A stretch of DNA of 38,662 nucleotides from the NCBI GenBank assembly GCA_964628995.1, contig CAZVPA010000003.1, forward strand, positions 6,590-45,251, in the 5' to 3' direction. The translations under genes and the position numbers were made by a program. Origin of the DNA: an uncultured Nitrososphaerota archaeon (GTDB taxonomy: Archaea; Asgardarchaeota; Njordarchaeia; Njordarchaeales; Panguiarchaeaceae). How positions within the stretch are numbered: the first letter of the stretch is position 1; each line of letters opens with the position of its first letter. Of the stretch, positions 16,720 to 24,964 are shown one piece after another. The notes beneath the pieces are model-generated. The model did not search any database, was not told the origin of the DNA, and was given only the letters and a program-made list of their open reading frames with translations.

Positions 16720-17563
16720 GAGGGTGATGGTGGCTGGGGCTCTCGCTACACGCTCTCATAAGGTAGCGGCAGACCTAGAAGTTACCGATGAGCAGATAGT
16801 GAAAATGCTTAAATGGACCAAGGAGATGAAGCTCTCCTCAGTACTGGACTTCGGGTACTATATAGTGTCGATAGAGGGTGTATCTAGAAGTTTCACACAT
16901 CAATGGGTAAGATATAGGATAGCGGCCCATATGCAGCAGAGCTTAAGATATGTAAAAGTAGACACGGGAAGTACTGATTGGTTTGTCATTCCTCCCGAAA
17001 TTGTGAAGAAAGGCCCGGATCTGGTTGTCCAATATATTAGGAGCGCTCTAAGGTCCGGTGAAATGTACCTAGAGTTAATCAATAGGGGTGTCCCCCCGGA
17101 GGATGCGCGCTTTGTTCTTCCAATTGGCGTCAAGACACATATTTCGTCAGCTTTTGATCCTGAGGAACTCATACATATAATCTACCAGAGAACGTGTTTT
17201 GATGCTCAATGGGAGATAAGAACTGTGGCTTATTCCTTATTATTGGCGGGCCTAATAGTTCATCCACGAATTTTTGAGGGTGTTGGACCAGCATGTCTTT
17301 TTATCGGTGAGGAAAAATGTAGAGGGTCACGGAAAGGAGTATGTAGGGAGGATGCCAAAAATATCATAGAAGCACTCAAAAAAATCGCTAATGAGTATAG
17401 AAAAAAATTTGAAAATGTCCCTCCAAGCGAGTTTCTGAGGATAGACCTTACGGATGTCCTTGGCTATAGGGCTCCAAGAGATATTGTCATTGAGGTCTCA
17501 CGGAGGCTTGGCTTCCGGGTTAATCTAGATCTAGATGTTATACTGGAGGTGAGAAAGAAATGA
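16682..17563 (+). CDS. thyX: Flavin-dependent thymidylate synthase ThyX
   Basis: The ThyX signature is present as SFTHQWVRYRIAAHMQQSLRY (RHR-x7-S-x-RY with H replaced by Y). The likely start is ATG 16682 (MRIILWDY...), which overlaps the glyA 3' end by 38 nt. The ORF track start is 16598. Confidence 0.85.
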   Translation: MRIILWDYLEDAERVMVAGALATRSHKVAADLEVTDEQIVKMLKWTKEMKLSSVLDFGYYIVSIEGVSRSFTHQWVRYRIAAHMQQSLRYVKVDTGSTDWFVIPPEIVKKGPDLVVQYIRSALRSGEMYLELINRGVPPEDARFVLPIGVKTHISSAFDPEELIHIIYQRTCFDAQWEIRTVAYSLLLAGLIVHPRIFEGVGPACLFIGEEKCRGSRKGVCREDAKNIIEALKKIANEYRKKFENVPPSEFLRIDLTDVLGYRAPRDIVIEVSRRLGFRVNLDLDVILEVRKK

Positions 17564-18324
17564 GGAGATACAAATTCCTAAGGGATTCCTTCTTTGCGTT
17601 CTTTTTCATGATGGGAATCATCGTATTCTCGAAGATAAAGCTTCACCATATCTTTGGAACGAATGCTAAGTTCTCACTACTGACAATGTTTGGTCCCTGT
17701 GTAGAAGCATTTATTGGGACTGGACTTAGCTTGGTCGTTATCCTTGGAGCGCGCTTCCTGCAAATTATCATTGGCATTTCTGGAGCCCCCAATGTTTTCT
17801 CATATATCATTTATCTTCCCATCTTCTTTGCGAGTCATTGGTTTGGAAATCTTGTAAAGGGAATGGGTAAGGAAAATAAGCGGTCTATTAAATATTTAGC
17901 GGTGATCCCCCTAGGATGCATGATGCTCTTCATTCTTCACCCAATAGGTAGGGAGGTATGGTATTTCAGCCTCTTCTGGCTCATACCAATAATCATACTG
18001 ATGGTGTCCAATTACTTAGAGGAAAAGCTCATGGAGAGAGAAATCATACTGGTATATCTATATGCCCTTGCAGCAACATTTGTTGATCATTGTGTTGGCT
18101 CAGTTCTATTTCTATATTTCCTTAGGATTCCTGCGGTTTATTGGAGGATAGCCATACCCTATGTTCCACTGGAGCGCGCTGTCTACGCATTGGGGATAGT
18201 ATTCTTCTACCTATTTATTCGTAAGTCTGTGGATGCGCTCCATACTATCGTGATTATTGGGTTTATCCAAGTTCAGGAGCGGGAAGAGGAGGCCATAGGA
18301 GAATGGGTTGGAGGGGCCTCCTAG
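17560..18324 (+). CDS. Polytopic membrane protein, unknown function, translationally coupled to thyX
   Basis: It has an ATGA start/stop overlap with thyX and about 6-7 predicted TM helices. I recognised no family signature. Confidence 0.6.
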   Translation: MRRYKFLRDSFFAFFFMMGIIVFSKIKLHHIFGTNAKFSLLTMFGPCVEAFIGTGLSLVVILGARFLQIIIGISGAPNVFSYIIYLPIFFASHWFGNLVKGMGKENKRSIKYLAVIPLGCMMLFILHPIGREVWYFSLFWLIPIIILMVSNYLEEKLMEREIILVYLYALAATFVDHCVGSVLFLYFLRIPAVYWRIAIPYVPLERAVYALGIVFFYLFIRKSVDALHTIVIIGFIQVQEREEEAIGEWVGGAS

Positions 18325-18782
18325 AAGGGATCTATTACTATTCTTTGTTTTTGGGGTTCTGGCTCCATTATCTGGGCTAGTCTGAACTTTACCATTTTTC
18401 CCTGTTTTTTCGAGATGAGTATTCCCTCCTTCTCCATTCTCCTCAGATACGTTATTGTTGTTGAGGATTTTAATAGTACTCCATGGAGATCATAGTAGGC
18501 TTCTCTGGCATCTATTGATGTGAACCATTGGCCATACCTGAACGCTGACATTATTGTCTCCTTAAACTTAGTATAGATGCTGGTTCTGTCCTCCATAGGC
18601 TCGCCGTATTGTCTTGCGGGATCTCCGACACTAGATGGGGAATTCTGTGGTGTTGTTATATGGCCCGCGAATGGTTGGAGTATATTTTTGAGTGCCATTA
18701 ATGTCTCCTTATTAAGCTCTCCATCGGCCTTTATCTCGATTTCTGTATTCCCCATCCTTACTTTTATGTGGAGTGTTGGCAT
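18321..18782 (-). CDS. Hypothetical protein with a C-terminal winged-helix-like domain
   Basis: The 153-aa protein has a C-terminal segment (FTSIDAREAYYDLHGVLLKSSTTITYLRRMEKEGILISKKQGKMVKFRL) with a helix-turn-helix plus wing pattern. The N-terminal ~50 aa is beta-rich and is followed by a Pro/Ser linker. Confidence 0.5.
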   Translation of the reverse strand: MPTLHIKVRMGNTEIEIKADGELNKETLMALKNILQPFAGHITTPQNSPSSVGDPARQYGEPMEDRTSIYTKFKETIMSAFRYGQWFTSIDAREAYYDLHGVLLKSSTTITYLRRMEKEGILISKKQGKMVKFRLAQIMEPEPQKQRIVIDPF

Positions 18783-18880
18783 AGAGTTTTTACCTGGAAA
18801 CTATATATGCCTCTTTGGGTGCCTTATAATTCGTGATATGATGATTTGACTACATATGTAATACATCCATAGTTATTTCT

Positions 18881-19504
18881 TCATACTGATAAATCTTTGT
18901 CCCATTCAAACATGTAATATCTGACTTTGCTGTCCCTCACACATGCGAGGACCCATCGTTTCCTAACACTCCAAGAAAGTCTACCAGAACGTAGGAAGTC
19001 TTGTCCCTTTAGTCTTACTTGTTTGCTGAAAACACTAACAGCGAAAAGTGAGTGGTCTATTCCGGGGCCATAGACATATACCACGAAGTCGGCACCGTAT
19101 TTTAGGCCAGGTTTTACTATGAAGCCTCGCTCTCTCAGGTCTCTATATACGGTATACTTGGCGATGAAATCATCCACAACCCTCGAGGCAACCCTTATAA
19201 TTGTCTCTCTATCCAATGTTTTTCCTCCACATATTATTCTTATTATACCTTTCTCTAGCAGATAGAGGGCATCGTAGAAGGAGAGCTCATAGAGGGTCCT
19301 ATACTTGTATATCTTTGGTTTCCGTATTCCTAGGGGTTTTCCGAAGAATCCTGCCTTGTAGAGGGCATACCCGTGCTCTGGATTCCATATAACTATTCTA
19401 TTTCCCTCTAGGCTTGCTTCTATGTCCAGTTGACGCAAGGCCTCTATCTTCTCTCTTCTCTCACGCAGAAGCTCCTCCGGTATGGATGTTATCTCCCCTT
19501 TCAT
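18881..19504 (-). CDS. endA: tRNA-splicing endonuclease, catalytic subunit
   Basis: YTVYRDLRERGFIVKPGLKYGADFVVY...HSLFAVSV and a downstream basic loop (SVRKR) give the Tyr/His/Lys catalytic-domain pattern of archaeal EndA. Confidence 0.88.
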   Translation of the reverse strand: MKGEITSIPEELLRERREKIEALRQLDIEASLEGNRIVIWNPEHGYALYKAGFFGKPLGIRKPKIYKYRTLYELSFYDALYLLEKGIIRIICGGKTLDRETIIRVASRVVDDFIAKYTVYRDLRERGFIVKPGLKYGADFVVYVYGPGIDHSLFAVSVFSKQVRLKGQDFLRSGRLSWSVRKRWVLACVRDSKVRYYMFEWDKDLSV

Positions 19505-20445
19505 TCCAATATACCTAGTGGGTCATCTATGAGTATGCTGAGTAGGAGTGCCATCCTGACATATAGGCCATAGCTGGCCTGCTTAAAGTAGAGGGCGTAC
19601 TTTGTATTGTCTATCTCTGGATCTAGTTCATCGATCTTTGGTAGTGGATGCATTATTTTTAGGGTGTCCCTAGCATTTTTTAATATCTCAAGTGTTATAC
19701 GGTAGGAACCTTTTATTCGCTCATATTCCGCTGGGTCTGGGAAGCGCTCTTTCTGTATTCTCACAACATATAGAACGTCCAGCTCTCCTATGGCGTCATT
19801 AACATCACCAAGGATCTCGAACCTCATATTATGTTTCTTCAGGTACTCAATAATCATCTCTCTTGGCTTTAGTATCTCGGGAGAGATCAGGAAGATTTTC
19901 TTGGGATTGAATAGGCAGAGCCCCATTAGTAGGGAGTTTATCGTTCGGGCAAACCTTAGGTCTCCCAGAATGCCGATTGTTAGGCCGTCTATTTCTCCAA
20001 ACTCACGGTAGATCGTATAGAGATCCAACATTGTCTGCGTAGGATGCTGAAATCTTCCGTCACCTCCATTTATTACTGGGTGTTTACATATTTCTGCTGC
20101 TAACTTTGCGGCTCCCTCTAATGGATGGCGCACAACAATCACGTCTGAATACATATCGAGCATCCTTAGAGTATCCACAAATTTTTCCCCTTTTCTTACG
20201 GATGTCTCCATAGTCCTAGCAAAGCCTATTGTGTCACCACCCAGTCTCTTCATAGCGCTCTCGAAGCTAAGACGCGTTCGTGTTGAGGGCTCAAAAAAGG
20301 CATAAGCCAAAATTTTTCCACGCAGTGCATCATGGAGCGGTCTTCTTTGCTCCAATATATAGTCAGTTATCATAAATAACCACTCAAGATTATCCCTACT
20401 AAAATCCGTAATATCTATAACATCCCGGTTCCTAAATGGGTTCAA
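19501..20445 (-). CDS. pyrB: Aspartate carbamoyltransferase catalytic subunit
   Basis: FFEPSTRTRLSFE (carbamoyl-phosphate site), the HPTQ motif (RFQHPTQ), and HPLPK with the C-terminal LLSIL pattern are present. It is 314 aa. Confidence 0.93.
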   Translation of the reverse strand: MNPFRNRDVIDITDFSRDNLEWLFMITDYILEQRRPLHDALRGKILAYAFFEPSTRTRLSFESAMKRLGGDTIGFARTMETSVRKGEKFVDTLRMLDMYSDVIVVRHPLEGAAKLAAEICKHPVINGGDGRFQHPTQTMLDLYTIYREFGEIDGLTIGILGDLRFARTINSLLMGLCLFNPKKIFLISPEILKPREMIIEYLKKHNMRFEILGDVNDAIGELDVLYVVRIQKERFPDPAEYERIKGSYRITLEILKNARDTLKIMHPLPKIDELDPEIDNTKYALYFKQASYGLYVRMALLLSILIDDPLGILE

Positions 20446-20503
20446 GGTTTACACCCACTATTCAAATTTCAAATATTTTTCTCCTAATATTGGGGGGTCA
20501 CTG

Positions 20504-20785
20504 ATGGTTGTTGATCTGGTAATCCAAGCTCTCTCAGCCCCATTCTCGATAACAATACTCTACCTACTACATAAATATGGAGAAATGAAACTATCAGAAC
20601 TCTTGGCAAATATCGGGTTCTCAAAATATAAATCTGTAAGGAAGACACTAATGATTCTCGCAAAAGTAGGGCTCATAAAGATCGCGATAAAACATATATC
20701 ACCCAGAGTAAAGGCCTGGAAAATAAGAATAACTGACCATGGTAGAAGAGTGATTGAAGGCATCATAAAGAGTGTAAGCTCCTGA
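20504..20785 (+). CDS. Small winged-helix DNA-binding protein (putative transcriptional regulator)
   Basis: The 93-aa protein carries ILYLLHKYGEMKLSELLANIGFSKYKSVRKTLMILAKVGLI...WKIRITDHGRR, an HTH plus wing pattern of ArsR/HxlR-like proteins. Confidence 0.55.
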   Translation: MVVDLVIQALSAPFSITILYLLHKYGEMKLSELLANIGFSKYKSVRKTLMILAKVGLIKIAIKHISPRVKAWKIRITDHGRRVIEGIIKSVSS

Positions 20786-20868
20786 TGCGGGGGGCGGGAC
20801 TCGAACCCGCGCAGGCATCCGCCACTGGGTCCTCAACCCAGCCCGTTTGACCTCTCCGGAACCCCCGC
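20786..20868 (-). tRNA. tRNA-Leu(GAG), class II with a long variable arm
   Basis: The reverse complement reads GCGGGGG-TT-CCGGAGAGGTCAAACGG-G-CTGGG-TTGAGGA-CCCAG-TGGCGGATGCCTGC-GCGGG-TTCGAGT-CCCGC-CCCCCGC-A. It abuts the stop codon of the convergent wHTH gene. Confidence 0.9.
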
Positions 20869-20944
20869 GGGGTATATTATCCCCCTATTAGTAGATATCC
20901 GAAAAATCTTTAAATAGATTAAGATGTTTCTCTGTTTGGAACTT

Positions 20945-21841
20945 CTAGTAAACTAATAGAAACCATAGTAGTGTTGCTGCCAGCAGTGGGAAGAGTAGGT
21001 TGTCATTTATCCGTAGTTCTAGCGCGCCGTTCAGAAAGTCTACTGTGGCTATTGCTAATGCTACTAATATCGCTATTATTCCTACGAAGAAGTATCCTAC
21101 GATTGATCCAGTTATGAAGTTTGCTAGGAATCCTTCTAAGCTTCTATCCTTGTAGGCTATTTTTCTTAGTTTTTTCCCTACGATACATGCGGCTAGATCT
21201 GATAGTAGCCCCATTGCTATGGCTGCGCATACTATGTTGTCGTAGGGGAAGAATAGGAGTGATATTATGTATATGGATGTGGCTGTGTAGATATATGAGG
21301 CGATCCTGTCGCTTTCTTTTTCTCTTAGTAGTTGTGTGAATAGGTCTGGTTTGTATGTCAGTCGGATGTACTCAATCGTTACGAATAGTATGAGTAGTGA
21401 GTATGTTATTAGGAATATCACGAAGCTGTAGTATCCTTGGTTATACTTTGAGGTAGTAATTCCTGATAGTGATGTGAAGCCGTAGATTGCGGATATATAT
21501 GACATCCATACGACTGCTGGGGGGATGAATACCAGAAAACCTACGAGGTGGAATAGTTTTCGTTTTATCTCCATACGGTAATTGCCCGTATTTGTCGTCT
21601 GCCCTCCAGAGAAGTAGTTGATTATTATAACTACCAATGTGATAACGGGAATTATTACTGTGGCAGCCGTAAGTATGAATACTTGCGTCGCGGGAGTGAA
21701 TGGTTTCCATATCGCGAGATATGCTATGGATAATACGAGCATAAACAACAATAGGCACTGATTTCTCATATCACTCCTCTTCTGGTAGATTATCATACTT
21801 ATCATAAGAACGGGAGCCAGCAGGGGAATAATAATCAGCAT
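20945..21841 (-). CDS. Polytopic membrane protein of the CTP-transferase family (dolichol/polyprenol kinase-like or CDP-alcohol synthase-like)
   Basis: It has about 8 TM helices. KRKLFHLVGF and the C-terminal LLSDLAACIVGKKLRK...RSLEGFLANF resemble the D..A...G...G....KS.EG motif of the phosphatidate cytidylyltransferase/dolichol kinase family. Confidence 0.5.
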   Translation of the reverse strand: MLIIIPLLAPVLMISMIIYQKRSDMRNQCLLLFMLVLSIAYLAIWKPFTPATQVFILTAATVIIPVITLVVIIINYFSGGQTTNTGNYRMEIKRKLFHLVGFLVFIPPAVVWMSYISAIYGFTSLSGITTSKYNQGYYSFVIFLITYSLLILFVTIEYIRLTYKPDLFTQLLREKESDRIASYIYTATSIYIISLLFFPYDNIVCAAIAMGLLSDLAACIVGKKLRKIAYKDRSLEGFLANFITGSIVGYFFVGIIAILVALAIATVDFLNGALELRINDNLLFPLLAATLLWFLLVY

Positions 21842-21963
21842 ATTGCCCCACGTGATCTCCTTTACAGCAAAGCTGAGACATACAATGGAAAGGTAAGTAG
21901 CATTGGGCTTATTGCCATCGTTTTTTATTTTTCAAAAAAATATAAAAATAAAGGGGGTCTGAC

Positions 21964-22221
21964 TTGCCTAAGAAGAAAGGGAGGGGAGAAGATACGCTCT
22001 TAGAGCATCTTTCTAGAATTCTTGATGAGGCGCGGGAAATAGCTCAGAATGTAGACATGGAGGTTGAGGATATAAAGAGATTCGTGAACGAGGTCATAAA
22101 CATGTTTATTACTGATGCTAGAGTTATTAGAGATCAGCTGTTACTAATGGCTTATCGCGTCGCTGAGCTTGAGAATATGGCTTATGAGAAGATAGAGAAG
22201 GAGAAAAGCGAGACCAAATGA
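21964..22221 (+). CDS. Small charged coiled-coil protein, unknown function
   Basis: The 85-aa ORF has a TTG start and is predicted all-helical and acidic/basic (EDIKRFVNEV...ELENMAYEKIEKEK). It ends 33 nt upstream of the PglZ gene. An AT-rich TATA-like run and GGGGG lie just upstream. Confidence 0.45.
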   Translation: MPKKKGRGEDTLLEHLSRILDEAREIAQNVDMEVEDIKRFVNEVINMFITDARVIRDQLLLMAYRVAELENMAYEKIEKEKSETK

Positions 22222-22254
22222 TCTTGGTGAATAAGTATAGGGTATGGGGACATA

Positions 22255-24696
22255 GTGGAAAAGATCTTTAGGAATATATTGGATGATAGCGACCTAGAGG
22301 CATTACTGGGAAGCACCGACATGTATAGACTTCTTAAAATCGAGGAAAAGCTCATGGCTTTAGAGGGGGTTGTTCCTCCGATACGTGATATACTTCCAGT
22401 AATCCATGCGTGCGTGTTTGAAGACGCTAAGTCTAGAAAAAAACTATTGGTTGACTCGATAAAGAGGATGGGGCTTCTTCAGAGGGTATGGAGCCCAAAT
22501 GAGGCTCTAAAGAGGAAAATAGAGGAAACATTTTGGGAGGTTAGGGATATCGGCATTGATAGGGTACTTGGGGGAGTGATTTCTGCGATCCATAGATATT
22601 TGGTAAGTGGGGATGAAAGTGCTATAGACCTAGCAATCATGATGGTTTCGGTTCTTCTCTCGCAAAGTATTGATGAATACGTATGTTCTGGGGTATCTCC
22701 AAGGGAGAATATGGACTCTTTTCTGAGGAAGATGAAGGGCATGTCATTGGCCGATACTGATGGTATGTTGACGCAAGTACTGGATAATATCTATAAGTAT
22801 GTCCCAAAGGAGATCACGGAAGAATTCATAATGTCACTTAGTCTGTTATTTGGCTGGGGGAGGGAAGATATCAATACTAGTAATCTGGTTGGAAAAGCAA
22901 AGGATGATGCCCAGAAGGTAGCGAGGATACTGCTCCTCATAATCATTCTCTCCATAGTAGCTAAACACTACAAAGGTATTCGTCGAGATATGCTGAGTAT
23001 TGAAACAATACGATGGATAATGAGACTATGTATGGCTGCTCGGGGGGATATAAGGATTAAAGCATTAATTGATGCGGTACGCTTCATATGTGTGTCTGGT
23101 AGGGGTGTTGTAAGGATTTGTTTATTGTTACAAAGGCTTATTGAGGTTCATGGAGGCGAAATACTTGTCGAGGTTATGGACAAAGTGATTCCAGCCAATT
23201 TCCTTGGAGACGCCGCAAAAATGCTTGTATTTGTTAACTCGTTGAGGGGGTACATGCCACAGAAAATTATTGCCCAAGCTGTAAGATCCAGTAAGTATGA
23301 GTTGAGGGTTTTAAATATGGCTCTTCTCGAGCAGAAAGTGAGGCCTAGGGGAATAGCATTGGCTATTCCTTGGGAGCTTTATGGGAGGCCTACAGAACTC
23401 CTTAAGGCATGCAAGGAGGCCTTAGATTACTTCAACAACACAGGAGTAAGAGTTCCAACAAGGTTTTTGCTACTTAGGAAATTTCTAGAGCTTGTTCGCC
23501 AGGCAGAGGGAATACACAAAGAAGACATTAAAGGTATGGATATCGAACAGCTAATCGGAATAATACCATTATTTATGAGGCTTAAAAGAATATCGGAAAA
23601 GCTATTTGGGAAGATGAAGAAATTCTACGGGTACGTTCCGGGAATATATAAGATCATGAGGCAGGTAGATACGACCTATGGTTTCTTGGTTAAGAAGTGG
23701 GAGTATATGATCCTGAGTAAGTACAGAGATCTGTTGGATGATAAAGCTGAGCTATTTACGATGAGTATAGGTAGGGAATTCTCAACCACGCGCATGGGCG
23801 AGGCCAGCGTGTTAGTAATAATCGATGGCCTGAGGTATGATGACTTTGTCGTGTCTCTTGTACCGAAGCTTCTGAGGATAGGTTTCAGGAAATTGCTGAT
23901 AAAACCTAAGATATCTCTCTTGCCCTCAATAACAAATATCTCGCGTATGGCGATAATAGAGGGCTGTAGACAAAATGTATTCGCAATAAGTAAAAGGCTA
24001 CGGAGGAAGGAGGAGGACATAATTAAAGGAAAGTATGGAGATATGGAGTTCTACTATGGCCCTCTAGATGTTATTCTAAATAAATTTAGGGCTAAGTCAA
24101 AGCATTCGAGTCGACTAATATTTGTACTGAGTGAACTGGAGAAATCTCTCCACGGGGCATCAGAGGCCATGTTAGTGCATTTTGTTGAGGAGTATCTGGA
24201 CAGGATTGTTGAGTTATTGATGTATGTGGCATCCAGACTTGCGCAGAATTTTGATACTGTACGTATTCTTATATGTTCTGATCACGGTCTAGGCGTGTTC
24301 TTTAAGTATGTTGATATTGATGGTTTCGTAGAGGAACTTAGGAGAAGAAGACTGATTGATGGGGGTCTAGAACCCACAATAAAGGCACGCTATGCGCTCA
24401 TTCCACTGAGAAGTTCCACTGATTTTCTTGGTGTTGAGAATATATATCGGAATACTGAGGAATATAGACGTGAGTTCTGGTTAATAAGGGCAGATGAATT
24501 GGGTTTTGAGAGTATAGAGTTTAGGAGGATAGGGAGCGAGTTATTGACGGGAGTGAAGAGGGCTGACTCCGTCATCATTCTGTTTCCGAAAGGTAACACG
24601 AAGTTTATCAGGGGGCGGGGGGCAGTTTTTCATGGAGGCATAACACCAGAGGAAATGATTAGCGTCTTCGGCGTCTTCGAGTTTTCTTTTTCGTAG
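22255..24696 (+). CDS. PglZ-domain (alkaline-phosphatase superfamily) protein with a ~500-aa helical N-terminal region
   Basis: The C-terminal ~300 aa carries the PglZ signature set: VLVIIDGLRYDD (metal Asp), LLPSITNISRMAIIEG (nucleophile Thr), ILICSDHGLG and AVFHGGITPEEMISVF. The N-terminus has no motif I recognise. Confidence 0.75.
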   Translation: MEKIFRNILDDSDLEALLGSTDMYRLLKIEEKLMALEGVVPPIRDILPVIHACVFEDAKSRKKLLVDSIKRMGLLQRVWSPNEALKRKIEETFWEVRDIGIDRVLGGVISAIHRYLVSGDESAIDLAIMMVSVLLSQSIDEYVCSGVSPRENMDSFLRKMKGMSLADTDGMLTQVLDNIYKYVPKEITEEFIMSLSLLFGWGREDINTSNLVGKAKDDAQKVARILLLIIILSIVAKHYKGIRRDMLSIETIRWIMRLCMAARGDIRIKALIDAVRFICVSGRGVVRICLLLQRLIEVHGGEILVEVMDKVIPANFLGDAAKMLVFVNSLRGYMPQKIIAQAVRSSKYELRVLNMALLEQKVRPRGIALAIPWELYGRPTELLKACKEALDYFNNTGVRVPTRFLLLRKFLELVRQAEGIHKEDIKGMDIEQLIGIIPLFMRLKRISEKLFGKMKKFYGYVPGIYKIMRQVDTTYGFLVKKWEYMILSKYRDLLDDKAELFTMSIGREFSTTRMGEASVLVIIDGLRYDDFVVSLVPKLLRIGFRKLLIKPKISLLPSITNISRMAIIEGCRQNVFAISKRLRRKEEDIIKGKYGDMEFYYGPLDVILNKFRAKSKHSSRLIFVLSELEKSLHGASEAMLVHFVEEYLDRIVELLMYVASRLAQNFDTVRILICSDHGLGVFFKYVDIDGFVEELRRRRLIDGGLEPTIKARYALIPLRSSTDFLGVENIYRNTEEYRREFWLIRADELGFESIEFRRIGSELLTGVKRADSVIILFPKGNTKFIRGRGAVFHGGITPEEMISVFGVFEFSFS

Positions 24697-24964
24697 GTTT
24701 TCTTTTTCGTGTTTTTGCGGCCTTCTGTACGAGGTCTATTATTTCCTTTAGAATGAGTCTGTATCTGCCAGAGAGCTCAGGGTATGCGGATTTGAGTAGA
24801 TGTATGGCTTGGTCTATAATTTTTTTGTCGCATTTTTGTTTCCTTAGGTATTCTCTCAGGATGTTGAGATATCTGTATGCCTCTATTTCTTCTGATGATT
24901 TTAGTGCTGTAATGATATCCGATATGAGCTCGAAGACCAGTGTCGGGTCGCATGAGGGATTCAT
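24659..24964 (-). CDS. Small helical protein with a poly-basic C-terminal tail, unknown function
   Basis: The 101-aa protein has a helical body and the tail KAAKTRKRKPTKKKTRRRRRR. It has a 4-nt ATGA-type overlap with the upstream rnp2 (Pop5) gene. Confidence 0.45.
   Translation of the reverse strand: MNPSCDPTLVFELISDIITALKSSEEIEAYRYLNILREYLRKQKCDKKIIDQAIHLLKSAYPELSGRYRLILKEIIDLVQKAAKTRKRKPTKKKTRRRRRR
24681..24716 (+). terminator. Oligo-T tract cluster, a likely archaeal terminator for the PglZ gene
   Basis: GTTTTCTTTTTCGT occurs twice, followed by GTTTTTG. These runs of T straddle and follow the TAG stop at 24694-24696. Confidence 0.45.

Noticed and set aside
18836-18846. A C-box-like ATGATGA lies in the endA/wHTH intergenic region. 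Similar isolated TGATGA strings occur at 66-72 (minus strand), 6526, 8333 and 23829.
   Set aside because: None has a CTGA D' or D box at the required 12-nt spacing, and none has a second C'/D pair.
21964-24696. I considered calling this locus a BREX system.
   Set aside because: Only the PglZ domain is present. No PglX methyltransferase, BrxC/PglY ATPase, BrxA, BrxB or BrxL/Lon-like gene lies within 10 kb on either side, so it is reported as an orphan PglZ pair instead.
24661-24712. The short tandem direct repeats could be a mini CRISPR array or a satellite.
   Set aside because: There are only two copies each of 9-nt and 14-nt units, with no spacers of CRISPR size. They lie inside coding and terminator sequence. 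No CRISPR-like array exists anywhere in the window.
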